A stretch of 64,000 nucleotides of DNA from Lama guanicoe (taxonomy: Eukaryota): positions 5,279,366 through 5,343,365 of the forward strand of contig MU056050.1 in the NCBI GenBank assembly GCA_013239625.1, written 5' to 3'. A model generated the notes under the pieces. It did no database searches and was not told the origin of the DNA. It saw nothing but the letters and a program-made list of their open reading frames with translations. A program made the translations under genes and the position numbers. Shown here one piece after another: positions 52,281 to 64,000 of this stretch (position 1 is its first letter; each line of letters opens with the position of its first letter).

Positions 52281-55200
52281 ATGTAATATTTTAAATCCTT
52301 TCTTTTCATTGCAACAATTTTCACGACATCTTCACCAAGAATAGATTCCATCTCAAGAAATATTCTTTCCTCAACCAAAAGAAACAACTTCTCATCTGTT
52401 AAAGTTTGACCATGGCATTACACCAATTAAGGCACATATTCAGGTTCTATTTCTAATTCTAGCTGTATTGCTATGTCCACCATACTTGCAGTAACTTCCT
52501 CCACTGAAGTCATGAACTCACTGAAAGTCATCTATGAAGGGTGAAATTGACTTTTTCCAAATCCCTGTAAAAATTGATATTTTGACCTCTTCCCATGTAT
52601 CACAAATATTCTTAATGGCATCTAGAATGGTGAATCTTTTGCAGATGGTTTTCAATTTGTTCTGTCCAGATCTGTCAGAGGAATTACCATCTATGGCAGC
52701 TGTAGCCTCATGAAATGTATTTTTTAAATAATAAGACCTGTAAGTCAAAATGACTCCTTGATTCTAGGGCTGCAGAATGGATATAGTGTTAGCAGCCATG
52801 AAAAACATCATTAATCTTTTTCTACATCTTCATCAGAGCTCTTTGGTGACCAGATGTATTGTCCACAAGCAGTGATATTTTGGGAAAAAATACTTTTTTT
52901 CAGCAGTAGTTCTCAAAAGTGGGCTTAAAATATTCAGTAAACCATGTTGTAAACAGTTCTGCTGTCATTCAACCTTTGCTGTTCCATTTATGGAGAACAG
53001 GCAGAGTAGATTTAGCGTAATTTTTAAGGACCCTAGGATTTTCAGAATGATAAATAGGTATTAGCTTCAACTTAAAATCACCAGCTGCACTAGCCTTCAA
53101 CAAGAGAGTGAAACTTGTCCTTTAAAGCTTTGAACCCGGGATTGACTTCTCCTATCTACCTATAAGAGTCTTGGTGACATCTTCTTCCAATAGAAATCTG
53201 TTTTATCTCCAATGAAAATTGTTGCTTAGTGTAGCTACCTTCATTAGATATCTTAGCTAGATCTTCTGGATAACTTGCTGCAGCTCCTAATTCAGCCCTT
53301 GCTGCTTCACATTGTACTTTTATGTGATGGAGATGGCATCTTTCCTTAAACCACATGAACCAACATCTGCCAGCTTCCAGCATTTCTTCTGCACCTTCTT
53401 CACCTCTCTCAGGCTTCAATGAATTGAAGTGAATTAGGGCCTTGTTCTGGATTACACTCTGGCTTGAGGGAATACTGTGGATGGTTTATTCATCTATCCA
53501 GACCATTAAACAATTCTCCATAACAGCAATACAGCTGTTTCACTTTCTTATCATTTGTGTGCTCACTGAAGTAGAACACTAATTTTTTAAAAAATATTTT
53601 GAAGTAGCACTTTTAATTTCCTTCAAGAAGCTTTCCTTTATATTTAACAACATGGCTAACTGACGCAAAAGTCCTAGCTTTCAGCCTATCTTAATTTTTG
53701 ATTCACTTTCCTCACTAAGCTTAATAATCTCCAGGTTTTGAGGTATTTTTTTTAACTATTTTTTTATTGAGTTATAGTCATTTTACAATGTTGTGTCAAA
53801 TTCCAGTGTAGAGCACAATTCTTCAGTGATACATCAATATACGTATATTCATTGTCATATTTTTTTTTTGCTTTGAGGTACCACAAGATCTTATATATAT
53901 TTCCCTGTGCTATACAGTATAATCTTGTTTATTTATTCTGCATATGCCTGTTAGTATCTACAAATTTTCAACTCCCAGTCTATCCCTTCCCATCCCCATC
54001 TCCCTTGGCAACTACAAGTTTGTATTCTATGTCTATGAGTCTGTTTCTGTTTTGTATTTATGTTCATTTTTTTTTAATTCCACATATGAACGATTTCATA
54101 TGGTATGGTATATGCTGCAAATGGCATTATGTTGCCATTTTTATGGCTGAATAGTATTCCATTGGATAAATATACCACTTCTTCTTTATCCAGTCATCTG
54201 TTGATGGACATTTAGGCTGTTTCCATGTCTTGGCTATTGTAAATAGTGCTGCTATGAACACTGGGGTGCAGGTGTCTTTTTGAAGTAGGGTTCCTTCTGG
54301 ACATATGCCTAGGAGCAGGATGACTGGGTCATAGGGTAAGTCTATTCCTAGTGTTTTGAGGAATCTCCATACTGTTTTCCACAGTGGCTGCACCAAACTG
54401 CATTCCTACCACCAGTGTAGGAGGGTTCCCTTTTCTCCACAGTTTTCCAGCATTTGTCATTTGTGGACTTTTGAATGATGGCCATTCTGACTTGTGTGAA
54501 GTGATACCTCATTGTAGTTCTGATTTGCATCTCTCTGATAATTAGTGATATTGAGCATTTTTTCATGTGCCTATTGATCATTTGTACATCTTCCTTGGAG
54601 AATTGCTTGTTTATACATCATGATCAAGTGGGGTTCATCCCAGGGACTCAAGGGTGGTTCAACATATGCAAATCAATCAATGTAATACATCACATCAACA
54701 AGAGAAAGGACAAAGACCACATGATCATCTCAATAGATGCAGGAAAAGCATTTGATAAAATTCAACACCCATTTATGATAAAAACTCTCACCAAAGTGGG
54801 CACAGACGGAACATATCTCAACATAATGAAAGCTATATATGACAAACCTACAGCCAGCATAGTACTCAATGGTGAAAAACTCAAAAGCTTCCCACTAAAA
54901 TCTGGGACAAGACAAGGCTGCCCACTATCACCACTCCTATTCAACATAGTCCTGGAAGTCTTAGCCACAGCAATCAACCAAGAGAGAGAAATAAAAGGGA
55001 TCCAAATTGGAAAAGAAGAGGTAAAAGTGTCACTATATGCAGATGACATGATACTGTATTTAGAAATCCCCCCCAAAATCTACACAAAAACTACTAGAAC
55101 TAATTGAAGAATTCAGCAAGGTAGCAGGTTATAAGATTAATGTTCAAAATCAGTTGCATTTCTTTACATTAATGATGAATCAACAGGAAAAGAAAGTAAA

Positions 55201-55740
55201 GAAACAATCCCCTTTAAAATAGCACCCAAAGTAATAAAATACCTAGGAATAAATCTAACCAAGCAGGTTTTGGTTTAAAGTGAGAGATGTGAGACAATTC
55301 CTTTCACCTGAATATTTAGAAGCCATTGTGGGGTTATTAATTGGCATAGTTCAATATTTTTGTGTCTTAACAAATAGGAGGCCTAAGGAGAGGAGCAGAG
55401 ATAGGGGAATGGCCAGTCCTTTGAGCAGTCAGAACACATACAACATTTATCGATTAAAGTTGCTGTCTTATATGGATGTGCTTTGTGGTACCCCAAAACA
55501 ATTACAATAGTAACACCAAACACTAAAGATCACTGAAGACTACAATAAAAGTATAATGAGAACATTTGACATATTGCAAGAATTACCAAAGTGTGACACA
55601 GAGACACAAAGGGAGCAAATGCTGTTGGACAAATGGTGCTGATACACTTGCTCAACACAGGGTTCCCACAAAACGTCAATTTCTTAGCAATGCAATATCT
55701 GCCAAGAGCAGTAAAGCTAAGGACAAAAAAAGGTTGCCTG
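52281..55740 (-). mobile_element. Tigger1 (TcMar-Tigger) DNA transposon, 3'-truncated and split by an L1
   Basis: ORFs 53156-53419 ([21 protein letters not shown]...SYPEDLAKI) and 52518-52748 (SYYLKNTFH...FTILDAIKNI..WEEVKIS...WKK) match the Tigger1/TIGD1 transposase. The 5' TIR complement ends ...AGGTTGCCTG at 55740. Confidence 0.95.
53741..55263 (-). mobile_element. Young L1 with 5' inversion inserted in Tigger1 (3' end antisense 53745-54612; RT segment on + 54613-55263)
   Basis: Poly(T) plus a 3' UTR near-identical in type to 37167-37996. Plus-strand RT peptide [10 protein letters not shown]...[10 protein letters not shown]...[10 protein letters not shown]...YADDM. TSD core CAGGTTTTG at 53732-53740 and 55264-55272. 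Confidence 0.92.
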
Positions 55741-56786
55741 TGTGGCCTTTATTATGTGCTGAGACTTTGTGTCATGATTTTTCTGCATCTGTTCAGATGA
55801 TCATATTGTTTTTATATTTTATGGTTTTAATGTGGTGGATCACACTTACTGATTCGCACATGTTGATATATCCTTGCATCCCAGGGGAAAAATCTCACTT
55901 AGATATGGTGTATAATCATTTTAATGATTTCCTGAATTTGGTTTGATTCTGTTTTTAAATAATGTTTGCATCTATATTCTTCAGGCATATTCATCTGTTA
56001 TTCCCTTTTCTCATGGCATCCTTATATGGTTTTCAAATCTGGGGAATTCTGGCTTCATATCTTCCTCCTCCTCAAAATTTTTGGAAGTGTTTGGGAAGAA
56101 TGGAGTTAATTCTTCTATAAAAGTTTGGTAGAATTGACCAGTAAAACCATGCAGTTTTAGAATTTTCCTTGTTGGGAGCTATTTTTTTAAATTACTGATT
56201 CAATCTCCTTACTCAATATTGGTCTGTTCAGATCATCTGTTGCTTCATGATTCAGCTTTGATAGGTTATATGTTTCCAGGGATTTATTCATTTTTTCACC
56301 AGGTTGTTCAATTTATTGGTGTACAGATACTCATATTGGTCTTTTATGATCATCTGTATTTCTCTTGTATCAGTTGTAGTAGAACAATATTGAGAGCTCA
56401 GAAATAAATCTATATATGCATACTTAGTTAACTAATAGTTGATAAGAGCATAAAGACTATTCAATGGAGAAATATTACTCTCTTTAATAAATAGTGCTGA
56501 GGTAATTGGATATTCACATGCAAAAAAGGAACTAGACCTCTATCTTTCATCACACACAAAAATCAACTTGAAATGGACTAAAAACTTAAAACATAAGATC
56601 TGACACACAAAATTCCTAGAAGAAAACATAGGAGAAAAGTTCCTTTATGTGAGTCTTGGCCATGATTTTCTGGCTATGACACCCAAAGCGTGAGCACCAA
56701 GAGCAAAAGATAAACAAATAGGACTACATCAAACTAAAAAGCTTCTACACAGCAAAATAAACAATAAAATCAAAAGGAAATTTATG

Positions 56787-57101
56787 CTGTGAGCTATCAC
56801 AAGATCTTGTATATATTTCCCTGTGCTATACAGTATAATCTTGTTCATCTATTCTACATATGCCTGCCAGTATCTACAAATTTTGAAATCCCAGTCTGTC
56901 CCTTCCCACCCCTCTCTCCCTTGGCAACCGCAAATTTGTATTCTGTGTCTATGAGTCTTTTTCTGTTTTGTATTTATATTCTTTTTTTTATATGTATGTT
57001 TATGTATAACTGAAAAATTGTCCTCTACACTGGAATTTGACACAACATTGTAAAATGACTATAACTTCATAAAAAAAAGTTAAAAAACTAACAAACAAAC
57101 A
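56787..57101 (+). mobile_element. Mini (~315 bp) young L1 3'-UTR insertion with 5' inversion
   Basis: Antisense 56787-56989, then sense 56990-57101 with an A-rich tail. TSD AAAAGG(A/C)AATTTATG at 56772-56786 and 57102-57116 (14/15). Confidence 0.92.
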
Positions 57102-57202
57102 AAAAGGCAATTTATGAAATGGAAGAAAACATTTACAAACCATGTATCTCATAAGAGGTTAATATCCAAAATATATGAGGAACTCATACAGTTCAATAAC
57201 AA

Positions 57203-57203
<1 letters not shown>

Positions 57204-57248
<45 letters not shown>
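57204..57248 (+). repeat. (TAA)15 microsatellite
   Basis: Perfect trinucleotide run; it explains the poly-Tyr ORF on the minus strand. Confidence 0.97.
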
Positions 57249-57249
<1 letters not shown>

Positions 57250-59064
57250 TTTTAAAAATAGGCAAAGCACTTGAATAGAAATTTTTCCAAAGAATATATT
57301 TAAATGGCCAACAAATGCATGAAAAGGTACTCAACATCACTAATCATAAGGGAAAATGCAAGTAAAAACCATGATAAGATCATCTTACATCTGTTACAAT
57401 GCCTATTTTCAAAAAGATAGAACATAACAAGTGCCGGCTAGGGTATGGAGATAAGAGACTCCTTGTACACAGCTGGTGGGAATGTAAATTGATAAAGCCA
57501 TTATGGAAAACAGTACAGTGGTTCCTCAAATAATTGCAAGTGGAACTGCCATATGATCCAACAATTCCACATCTCGACGACTGGGTATATATCTAAAGGA
57601 AATGAGATCATTATCCTGAAAAGATATCTGCACACCCATGTTCACTGGAGCATTATTTAAAATAGCCAAGACATGGAAACAAGCTAAATGTCCAGTGACA
57701 TTCAATGGATAAAGAAAATATAGACTAATAGATTATTAACTATTAATAATGAAATAATATTCAGGCATAAAAAGCAATGAAATTCTACCATTTGCAGTAA
57801 GATGCATGAAACTTGAGGGCATTATGCTAAATGAAACGAGTCAGAAAGAGAATGACAAATACTGTACTATCTCACTTATATGTAGAATCTTAGAAGTTGA
57901 ACTTATAGGGAGATCAGATTGGTGGTTATCCAGGGTAGGGTTTGGGTAGTGGCAGAAATTGGTAAATTTGATCAATGGGTAAAAACATCCAGTCATAAGA
58001 TGAGTAAGTTCTGGGTAGGTAATGCACAACACAGTGACTATAGTTAACAGTACTGTATTGTATATTTGAAAGATGTGAAGAATAGTATATTATAAAAGAT
58101 CTTACCACATAAAAATTTTAAGAATGTGAGGTGATGGTGTTAATTAACTTTTTGCAGTAATAACTTTGCAACATATACGGTATTACTAGATTATACACCT
58201 TAAACTTACACAATGTTCGGTGTTACTTATATATCAGTAAAGCTGAAAAAAGAGAAACTAATGTGCAGGTGGTATGTACATAATGCAAATATGGTATTAA
58301 GATTTTTCTAATGGATCACAGCATCAGAACGTCTTCCTCTGTTTAGCTCTCCAATCCTACCATTGCCGACCACTTTTCACAATGGATTAAGATCAAAATC
58401 ACCACTGTTACCACAGTCACACACCAAGTAAATTACACCTGTATTTATATGCATGGAGTCAAAAAGGTTTTAAAGGACTGCACTGAACAGCTCAATAGCA
58501 TAGACTGTTTTTAACAATAAAAGTGAATATACCAGATGGTGGAAGAAAATGAGTTCTTAATCCACCTCAGCCCACATGTCTTTCCAACTATTATTCAATC
58601 CATCCAAACCTATCTGAGTAAATATTATGCCCAATAGCTCAAAAGATGATACATTTTCTAACTTAAACTCTTGGTGGATTAATGTTCAAAAGCTCCTTAT
58701 TTGGACTCTATTATCCACTAATCTTTCTAAGCCTTACACATGCATGAGAATGAATTTTAACTGTGTATTTTATTGCCCTGGTGAGAATGGAAGAGAAAAG
58801 TAAGAAGGGCTAATTTAGCATACTTTACTTAAAATATTGCCTTTTATAAAAGATAAAGAATAATTGAAAAATGAAAGTTTTGAAAAGCTTCACTAAATTC
58901 AGAGGATATTTACAATGGAAAAAGACTGTAGTGTCAATATTATACTGAATAGATTAGACATCTGGGGTGAGAAGCAGAGAAGTATATTATTTGTAGCACA
59001 GAAGTACATTAATTGATATTGGACCCTTACAGTGGTAAGTATTTCTGAGTTTGTGTCACTACTG

Positions 59065-59510
59065 GAATTAGTTTCAGGGTCAATAAGGTAGATATGGTTA
59101 TGCTACTCAACAACTTCTTCATTTCAGTGGGTTAACACAATGGAGGCTTATTTCTCACTTATGAAAGTCAGCTATAGATGCAGGCACCTTTCTCAGGAAC
59201 CTGTCCTCTGTCTAGGAATTCATTAATTCAGGATGTTGAGAGACTTTTAACACCTTGTAGTTGCACTATATAAAATATATAACCTCCTTGGCCGGAGAGG
59301 TATAAAAAAAAGCTAAACAGGGAGTAGAGCACAAGATTTCAAATTTTTTCACAAAAAAAGTGATGCACATCACCCCTGCTCATATTTATTAAACCAAGCA
59401 AGATGCAAGGTCATGCCCACCTTGAAAGGGGACGATGGTGGGTGAAATTCCACTTATGTACCTGGATGGAGAAGAGAATCAAAAATGTTGACAAACCTGA
59501 ATGAAGTTCA
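59065..59510 (-). mobile_element. Old MaLR LTR (MLT1K/L-like)
   Basis: GGTTATGCT...TTTCAGTGGGTTAACACAA...TTATTTCTCACT...GTGATGCACATCACCCCTGCTCATATT...GGAGAAGAGAATCAAAAATGTTG. Confidence 0.7.
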
Positions 59511-59789
59511 TGAAAATATTCTTGGAGGATACTGAGTTACAAAATGTGGCAGTTACTAGGCAAACAGATTTTTATGAGAAGTGAGTGTCATGCTGCATAT
59601 TTGTCAAATGTGTGGGATAGACAGCCAAGACAGCTGTGTCTTTAGACAGAGTTGGTGGCAACTTACATATATGGTGCAAAGACTACCAAGGGACTCTCTT
59701 ACTACTAATATCTCATCTTCAGGCTCAATGGAAGTATATTCTGTCCCAATGCTTCTTTGGTTATTTTTTTCTATTATTATCTCTATTAT

Positions 59790-60020
59790 TACTAAAATTT
59801 TATTGACCATGTTTTACCTTACAGGAAGTATGTAGTAATTTTAGATATAAGCTTCCTCATAGTAACCATACTAGTAATATATTATCCACATTTGTAAATA
59901 AGAGAAAAGAGTTTTGAGAAGTTAAGTAACTTGTTCAAGTTCGCACAGCTAGCAAGTAGTGGAGCTATAATTTGAGGTGAATTCCCTCTGACTCCAACAA
60001 GAGTATCAAACTTAATCACA
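59790..60020 (-). mobile_element. MIR SINE
   Basis: ATTATCCACATTTGTAAATAAG...GAGAAGTTAAGTAACTTGTTCAAGTTCGCACAGCTAGCAAGTAGTGGAGC...TCTGACTCC. Confidence 0.85.
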
Positions 60021-60183
60021 CATGAAACTCAACTAACTTTCCTGGTAAAGGAAAATAGTAAATGATTAGCACACAAACCAAAGAACTGAGCTCTGGTGTT
60101 GTTCCTGAATAGAACTGCCATTATTATTGCCCTAACAATGTAATCTAAATGTTAAAATTTTCTTTTTAAGTTATTTAGGTTAG

Positions 60184-60418
60184 CAGTTCTTATACCTTAT
60201 GGTTCCAGTACTTATTGAAAATTATTGGGGATGCAAAAGCCTTTTGTTCATATGGGTCATATTAGTGATATTTGTAGTACACATTAAAACAGATCACATA
60301 AAATCTTATAATGAACCTATTACGTGTAAAAATAAAATATTTTATGAAAAATAATTATATTTACAGAAATTAGTATAGAGTGGAATTTTTTTACATTTAT
60401 TCAAATCTTCTTAATGTA
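60184..60418. mobile_element. Charlie1 (hAT) terminal fragment
   Basis: AAAATTATTGGGGATGCAAAAGCCTTTTGTTCATATGGGTCATAT...TTTTATGAAAAATAATTATATTT resembles the Charlie1 end. Confidence 0.7.
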
Positions 60419-60424
60419 TATAAT

Positions 60425-63400
60425 AACCAGACATAAGATCAATAAAGAAATACAGGAATTGAACAATATTAAATAATAAGACCTAACATACACATACAGA
60501 ACACTCCACTCAGAGCAGCAGAATCCTCATTTTTCTCAAGCACACAAGAAACATTCTCCAGGATAGGCTATATGTTAGGCCACAAAATAAGTCCTAATAC
60601 ATTTTAAAAAGATTAAAGTCACATAAAGTATCTTTTCCAATGATAAGAAAATTACAGGCTTCATACAGAAAAAATTATGAGAGACTATGAACATATGTAT
60701 GCCAAAAAGTAGATAGCCTGATAGAAATGGGTAAATTAAAAGTTTTATCTAATTTTTGACATATAAAAAGTTAATCATGATGAAATAATTTCTATTGAAA
60801 ATATGAATAACCTATAACTAGTAAGGAAATAGATTCACCAAACACTCCCACCATATATAAGCTCAGGACTAGATGACTTCACTAGCAAATTATACCAAAT
60901 ATTAAAGAGAATTAACCAATTCTAACTTTTCCCAAAAATTAAAGAGTAGGGAATACTCCCTAACCCATTTCATCAAGCCAACAATACTCTGATACCAAAG
61001 CCAGATAAAGGCACTACAAGAAAAGAAAACCAAAGTCTAATATCACTAATGATTAGTGACACAAAGATCTTCAACAAAATACTAGCAAACCAAATTCGGT
61101 AGTGCATTAAAGGGATTATACACCATGATCATGTGGAATTTATTCCCAAATGCAAGAATGATTCAACATACGAAAATCAATCAATGTAATATATCACATT
61201 AATAGAATGAGAAAAAAAAACACATGATAATCTTAATTTATAAAAATATCATTAGACAAAATTCAACACCCTTTCATGATAAATAACACTCAATAAAGTA
61301 TAGAAGGAAACTTAATCTGATAAAGGCCATGTATAAAACCTCATAGCTAACAATATACTCAATGATGAAAGACTGAAACCTTTTTCTCTAAGATTGGAAA
61401 AAGACAAGGATGCACACTTTTTGCCACTTCTATTTAATACAGTATTAGAACTCCTAATCAGAGTAATTAGGCAAGAAAAAAATAGAAACCATCCAATTTG
61501 GACATGAAGACATAAACTTATCTGTATGCACACTAACAATCTTATATGTAGAAAACACTAAAAATTCCTCACACACAAATTTTTTGTTAGTTCTATCATT
61601 TTTAACGAAGTTGCAGGATACAAAAATCTGTTGCATTTCTATACATTAGCAATGAAAAATTCAAAAAGGAAATTAAGAATATAATTCCATGTACAATAGC
61701 ATCAAAGAGAATAAAATACCTAGGAAAAAATTACCCAAGGAGGTGAAAGACCTGTAAACTAAAAACTACAAAACATTGTTGAAAGAAAAGAATGCATAAA
61801 TAACTGGGAAGACATTTGTAATGGATTAGAAGACTTAATATTTTAAAGATGACAACAGTGGTCAAAGTGATTACTATAGACTGAATTGTGCCTTCATTCA
61901 AATTCATATGTTGAAGCCCAAACCCCCCAATGTGACTGTATTTGGAGATAAGACCTATAAGGAGGTAATTAAGGTTAAATGAGTTCATGAGGGTGGGACT
62001 CTGATACTATAGGATTAATATTCTTATAAGAAGAGATGCAAGAGAGCTCACATTTCCTTGCCCCTCTAACCTTCTCTCCCCTTACCCTCTACATGCAGAG
62101 AGAGAGGTTATGTGAGCACAGTGAGACTGTAGCCAACTGAAGGCAAGAGAAGAGATCTCAGGATGACATGGACCTTTCTGGCAACTTGATCTCAGAATTC
62201 ACAGCATCCAGAACGGTGAGAAATAAATTTCTGTTGTTTAAGTCACCAGACTGTTTCACTTTGTTATGGTTGCCTGAGCAGATTAAGATAGTGAGCTAAA
62301 GATTCAATACAATCCTTATAAAAGTTCCAATACATCTTTGGGAAGAAATAGAAAAACCCATCATTAAATTCGTATGAAATTACAATGGACAATGAATAGC
62401 CAAACAATTTTGTAAAGGAAAAACAGAGTTAAAGATCTCACAATTCCTAATTTCAAAGCTCACTACAAAGGTAGAGTAATCAAAACAGTGGGATACTTGC
62501 ATAAGTATGGACATAGACCAATGAAATAGGATAATAGATAACTCCCAAATCTACTTTCACATATACGGTCAATAAATTTTTGATGAAGATGTCAAGTTTT
62601 TTCCAATAAATAGTGGTGGGAAAACTGGATATCCACACATTAAATACTGAAAACTGAATCCTTACCTTAGACTACATATAAAAATTAATTAAAAATTGGT
62701 TGAAGACCTAAATTTAAGGGATACAATTATAAAATCTTAGAAGGAAATATAGGAGGACAGCTTTATAACAATGAATTTGGCTGTGGTATCAAAATAATAG
62801 GCATATAATAGATGAACTGGACTTCACTAAAATTAAAAACTGTGCAACAAAGGATATTATCAAGAGAGTGAAAAGAAGGCCAATAGGATAGGAGAAAATA
62901 TTTGGCAAGCATATATTTGATAAGGGATTAATATTCAGAATATATAAATAACTACATTTCAACAATAAACAACCCAATTCGAAAAGAGGCAAAGGACTTA
63001 AGCAGCCATTTCTCAAAAGAAGATACATAAATTGTCAACAAGCACCTGAAAATGTGCTCAACATTGTTAGCCATTAGGGAGATATCTGCAAGTCAAAAGT
63101 ACAGTGAGATTGCATGTCATATCCACTAGGATTTGTGTCAAGAAATAAAAATGAATCAGAGAATGAATGTTGGAAAGTATGTGAAGAAACTGCAACACAT
63201 GTGCTTTGCAAGTTGGAATGTAAAATGGTGCAGGTATTGCAGAGAACACTTTGGCAGTTCCTGAAGAGCTTAAATATATAATTACCATCTCTCAGTATAT
63301 AACCAAAATAATTGAAAGCAGGAATTTAACATATACTTGTACCCTAGTGTTTATAGAAGAACAAGAATGAAGATGTGGAAACGATGCAAATGTCCATCAA

Positions 63401-63815
63401 CAGATAAATGTGGTATATACATACATACAATGGAATATTATCTAGCCTTAAAAATCAGTAAAACTCTGACACATGTTGCAGCATGGATAAACCTTGAAAA
63501 TACTATGCTAAAGTGAAATAAACCAGACACAAAATGACAAATATTTTATGATTCCACTTATATGAGTTCCCTACGATAGACAAACTTGTATATTCAGAAA
63601 GTAGAATACAAGTTGCCAGGGACTGGGGGGTTGGAGGATATATAAATTATTATTTAATAGATACAGAGTTTCTATTTAGAATGATAAAAAATTTCTGGAA
63701 ATGGGTAGTGGTCATGGTTGTACAGCATTGTGAATGTGCATGACGCCACTGTATAGTACATTTAAACGTGGTTAAAACAGTAAACTTTGTTATATCTATG
63801 ATCACACAATAAAAT
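60425..63815 (+). mobile_element. L1MB-type ORF2 and 3' UTR, decayed, interrupted by an MLT1 LTR
   Basis: EN-to-RT motifs (CACCATGATCATGTGGAATTTATTCC, AAAATTCAACACCCTTTCATGATAAA), C-terminus, and an L1MB tail (TTTAATAGATACAGAGTTTC...GGTTAAAACAGTAAACTTTG). Confidence 0.9.
61872..62290 (+). mobile_element. MLT1A/B MaLR solo LTR
   Basis: TACTATAGACTGAATTGTG...GTGACTGTATTTGGAGATAAG...CCAGAACGGTGAGAAATAAATTTCTGTTGTTTAAG...GATTAAGATA. Degenerate TSD GTGAT/GTGAG. Confidence 0.92.
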
Positions 63816-64000
63816 GAAACAATATTTATGCACATTAAGGTTTTTGAATTACTGATATTTAAAAATAAAGCTTAGTAATAAGCACAATAACATCTATTTA
63901 AAGAGAGGTATAGAGTGGGACAGCAAAATATTCTAGAATATATTGCATCAACATTTTCACTAATTATTTAGCCAGCAACCCTGAAATTTACAGATTATAC

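Larger units (their letters stand above)
52167..58252 (+). mobile_element. L1MA-type insertion with 5' inversion (antisense 52167-52280 and 55741-56380; sense 56381-58252), hosting nested elements
   Basis: TSD AGAAAC(C/T)AATGTG(T/C)AG at 52151-52166 and 58253-58268 (14/16). L1MA-type 3' UTR (ATAAGATGAGTAAGTTCTGGG...GTGAGGTGATGG...AGTAAAGCTGAAAAA). Confidence 0.85.

Noticed and set aside
52518..53419. Domesticated TIGD1-like gene
   Set aside because: The transposase frame is broken by stops, frameshifts and an L1 insertion; it is an ordinary Tigger1 fossil.
54565..55107. RT ORF as a novel retron, DGR or stand-alone reverse transcriptase
   Set aside because: The sequence is plainly L1 ORF2 RT, truncated on both sides. 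Its start codon comes from antisense L1 across the inversion junction.
57149..57340. Poly-tyrosine ORF
   Set aside because: Translation of the (TAA)15 microsatellite inside antisense L1.
541..63835. ORF-track ORFs as host protein-coding genes
   Set aside because: All are short (up to 180 aa). They are L1 or Tigger1 remnants, antisense repeat translations or chance frames, with no recognisable cellular protein or exon chain.

Overview
AT-rich mammalian (eutherian) genomic DNA made mostly of transposable-element fossils. I can support no protein-coding exon, RNA gene or CRISPR-like system. The youngest LINE-1 3' UTRs resemble camelid (alpaca/camel) L1 as I recall it, and I saw no primate, rodent, ruminant, pig or carnivore SINEs, so a camelid intron or gene desert is the best guess (inference). 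Roughly half the window is LINE-1 of many ages. The rest includes solo LTRs with target-site duplications (an ERV2-type LTR, MER31, MER34-like, MLT1A/B), a complete LTR-int-LTR MLT1 element, Tigger1, MER58B/Charlie and a probable hAT-Tip100 fossil, plus L2, MIR and microsatellites. The ORFs with recognisable homology are decayed L1 ORF1/ORF2 or Tigger1 transposase pieces; the rest look like chance frames. The most informative structure is insertion archaeology: four 5'-inverted (twin-priming-type) L1 insertions, a three-level nest at 52-58 kb (L1MA > Tigger1 > young L1, plus a second mini-L1), a TSD-flanked L1 that lost its RT domain at a microhomology, and a deletion with a templated insertion. 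I did not find a previously undescribed biological system. Family names come from recalled consensus sequences and need RepeatMasker/Dfam confirmation; boundaries without a TSD are approximate.
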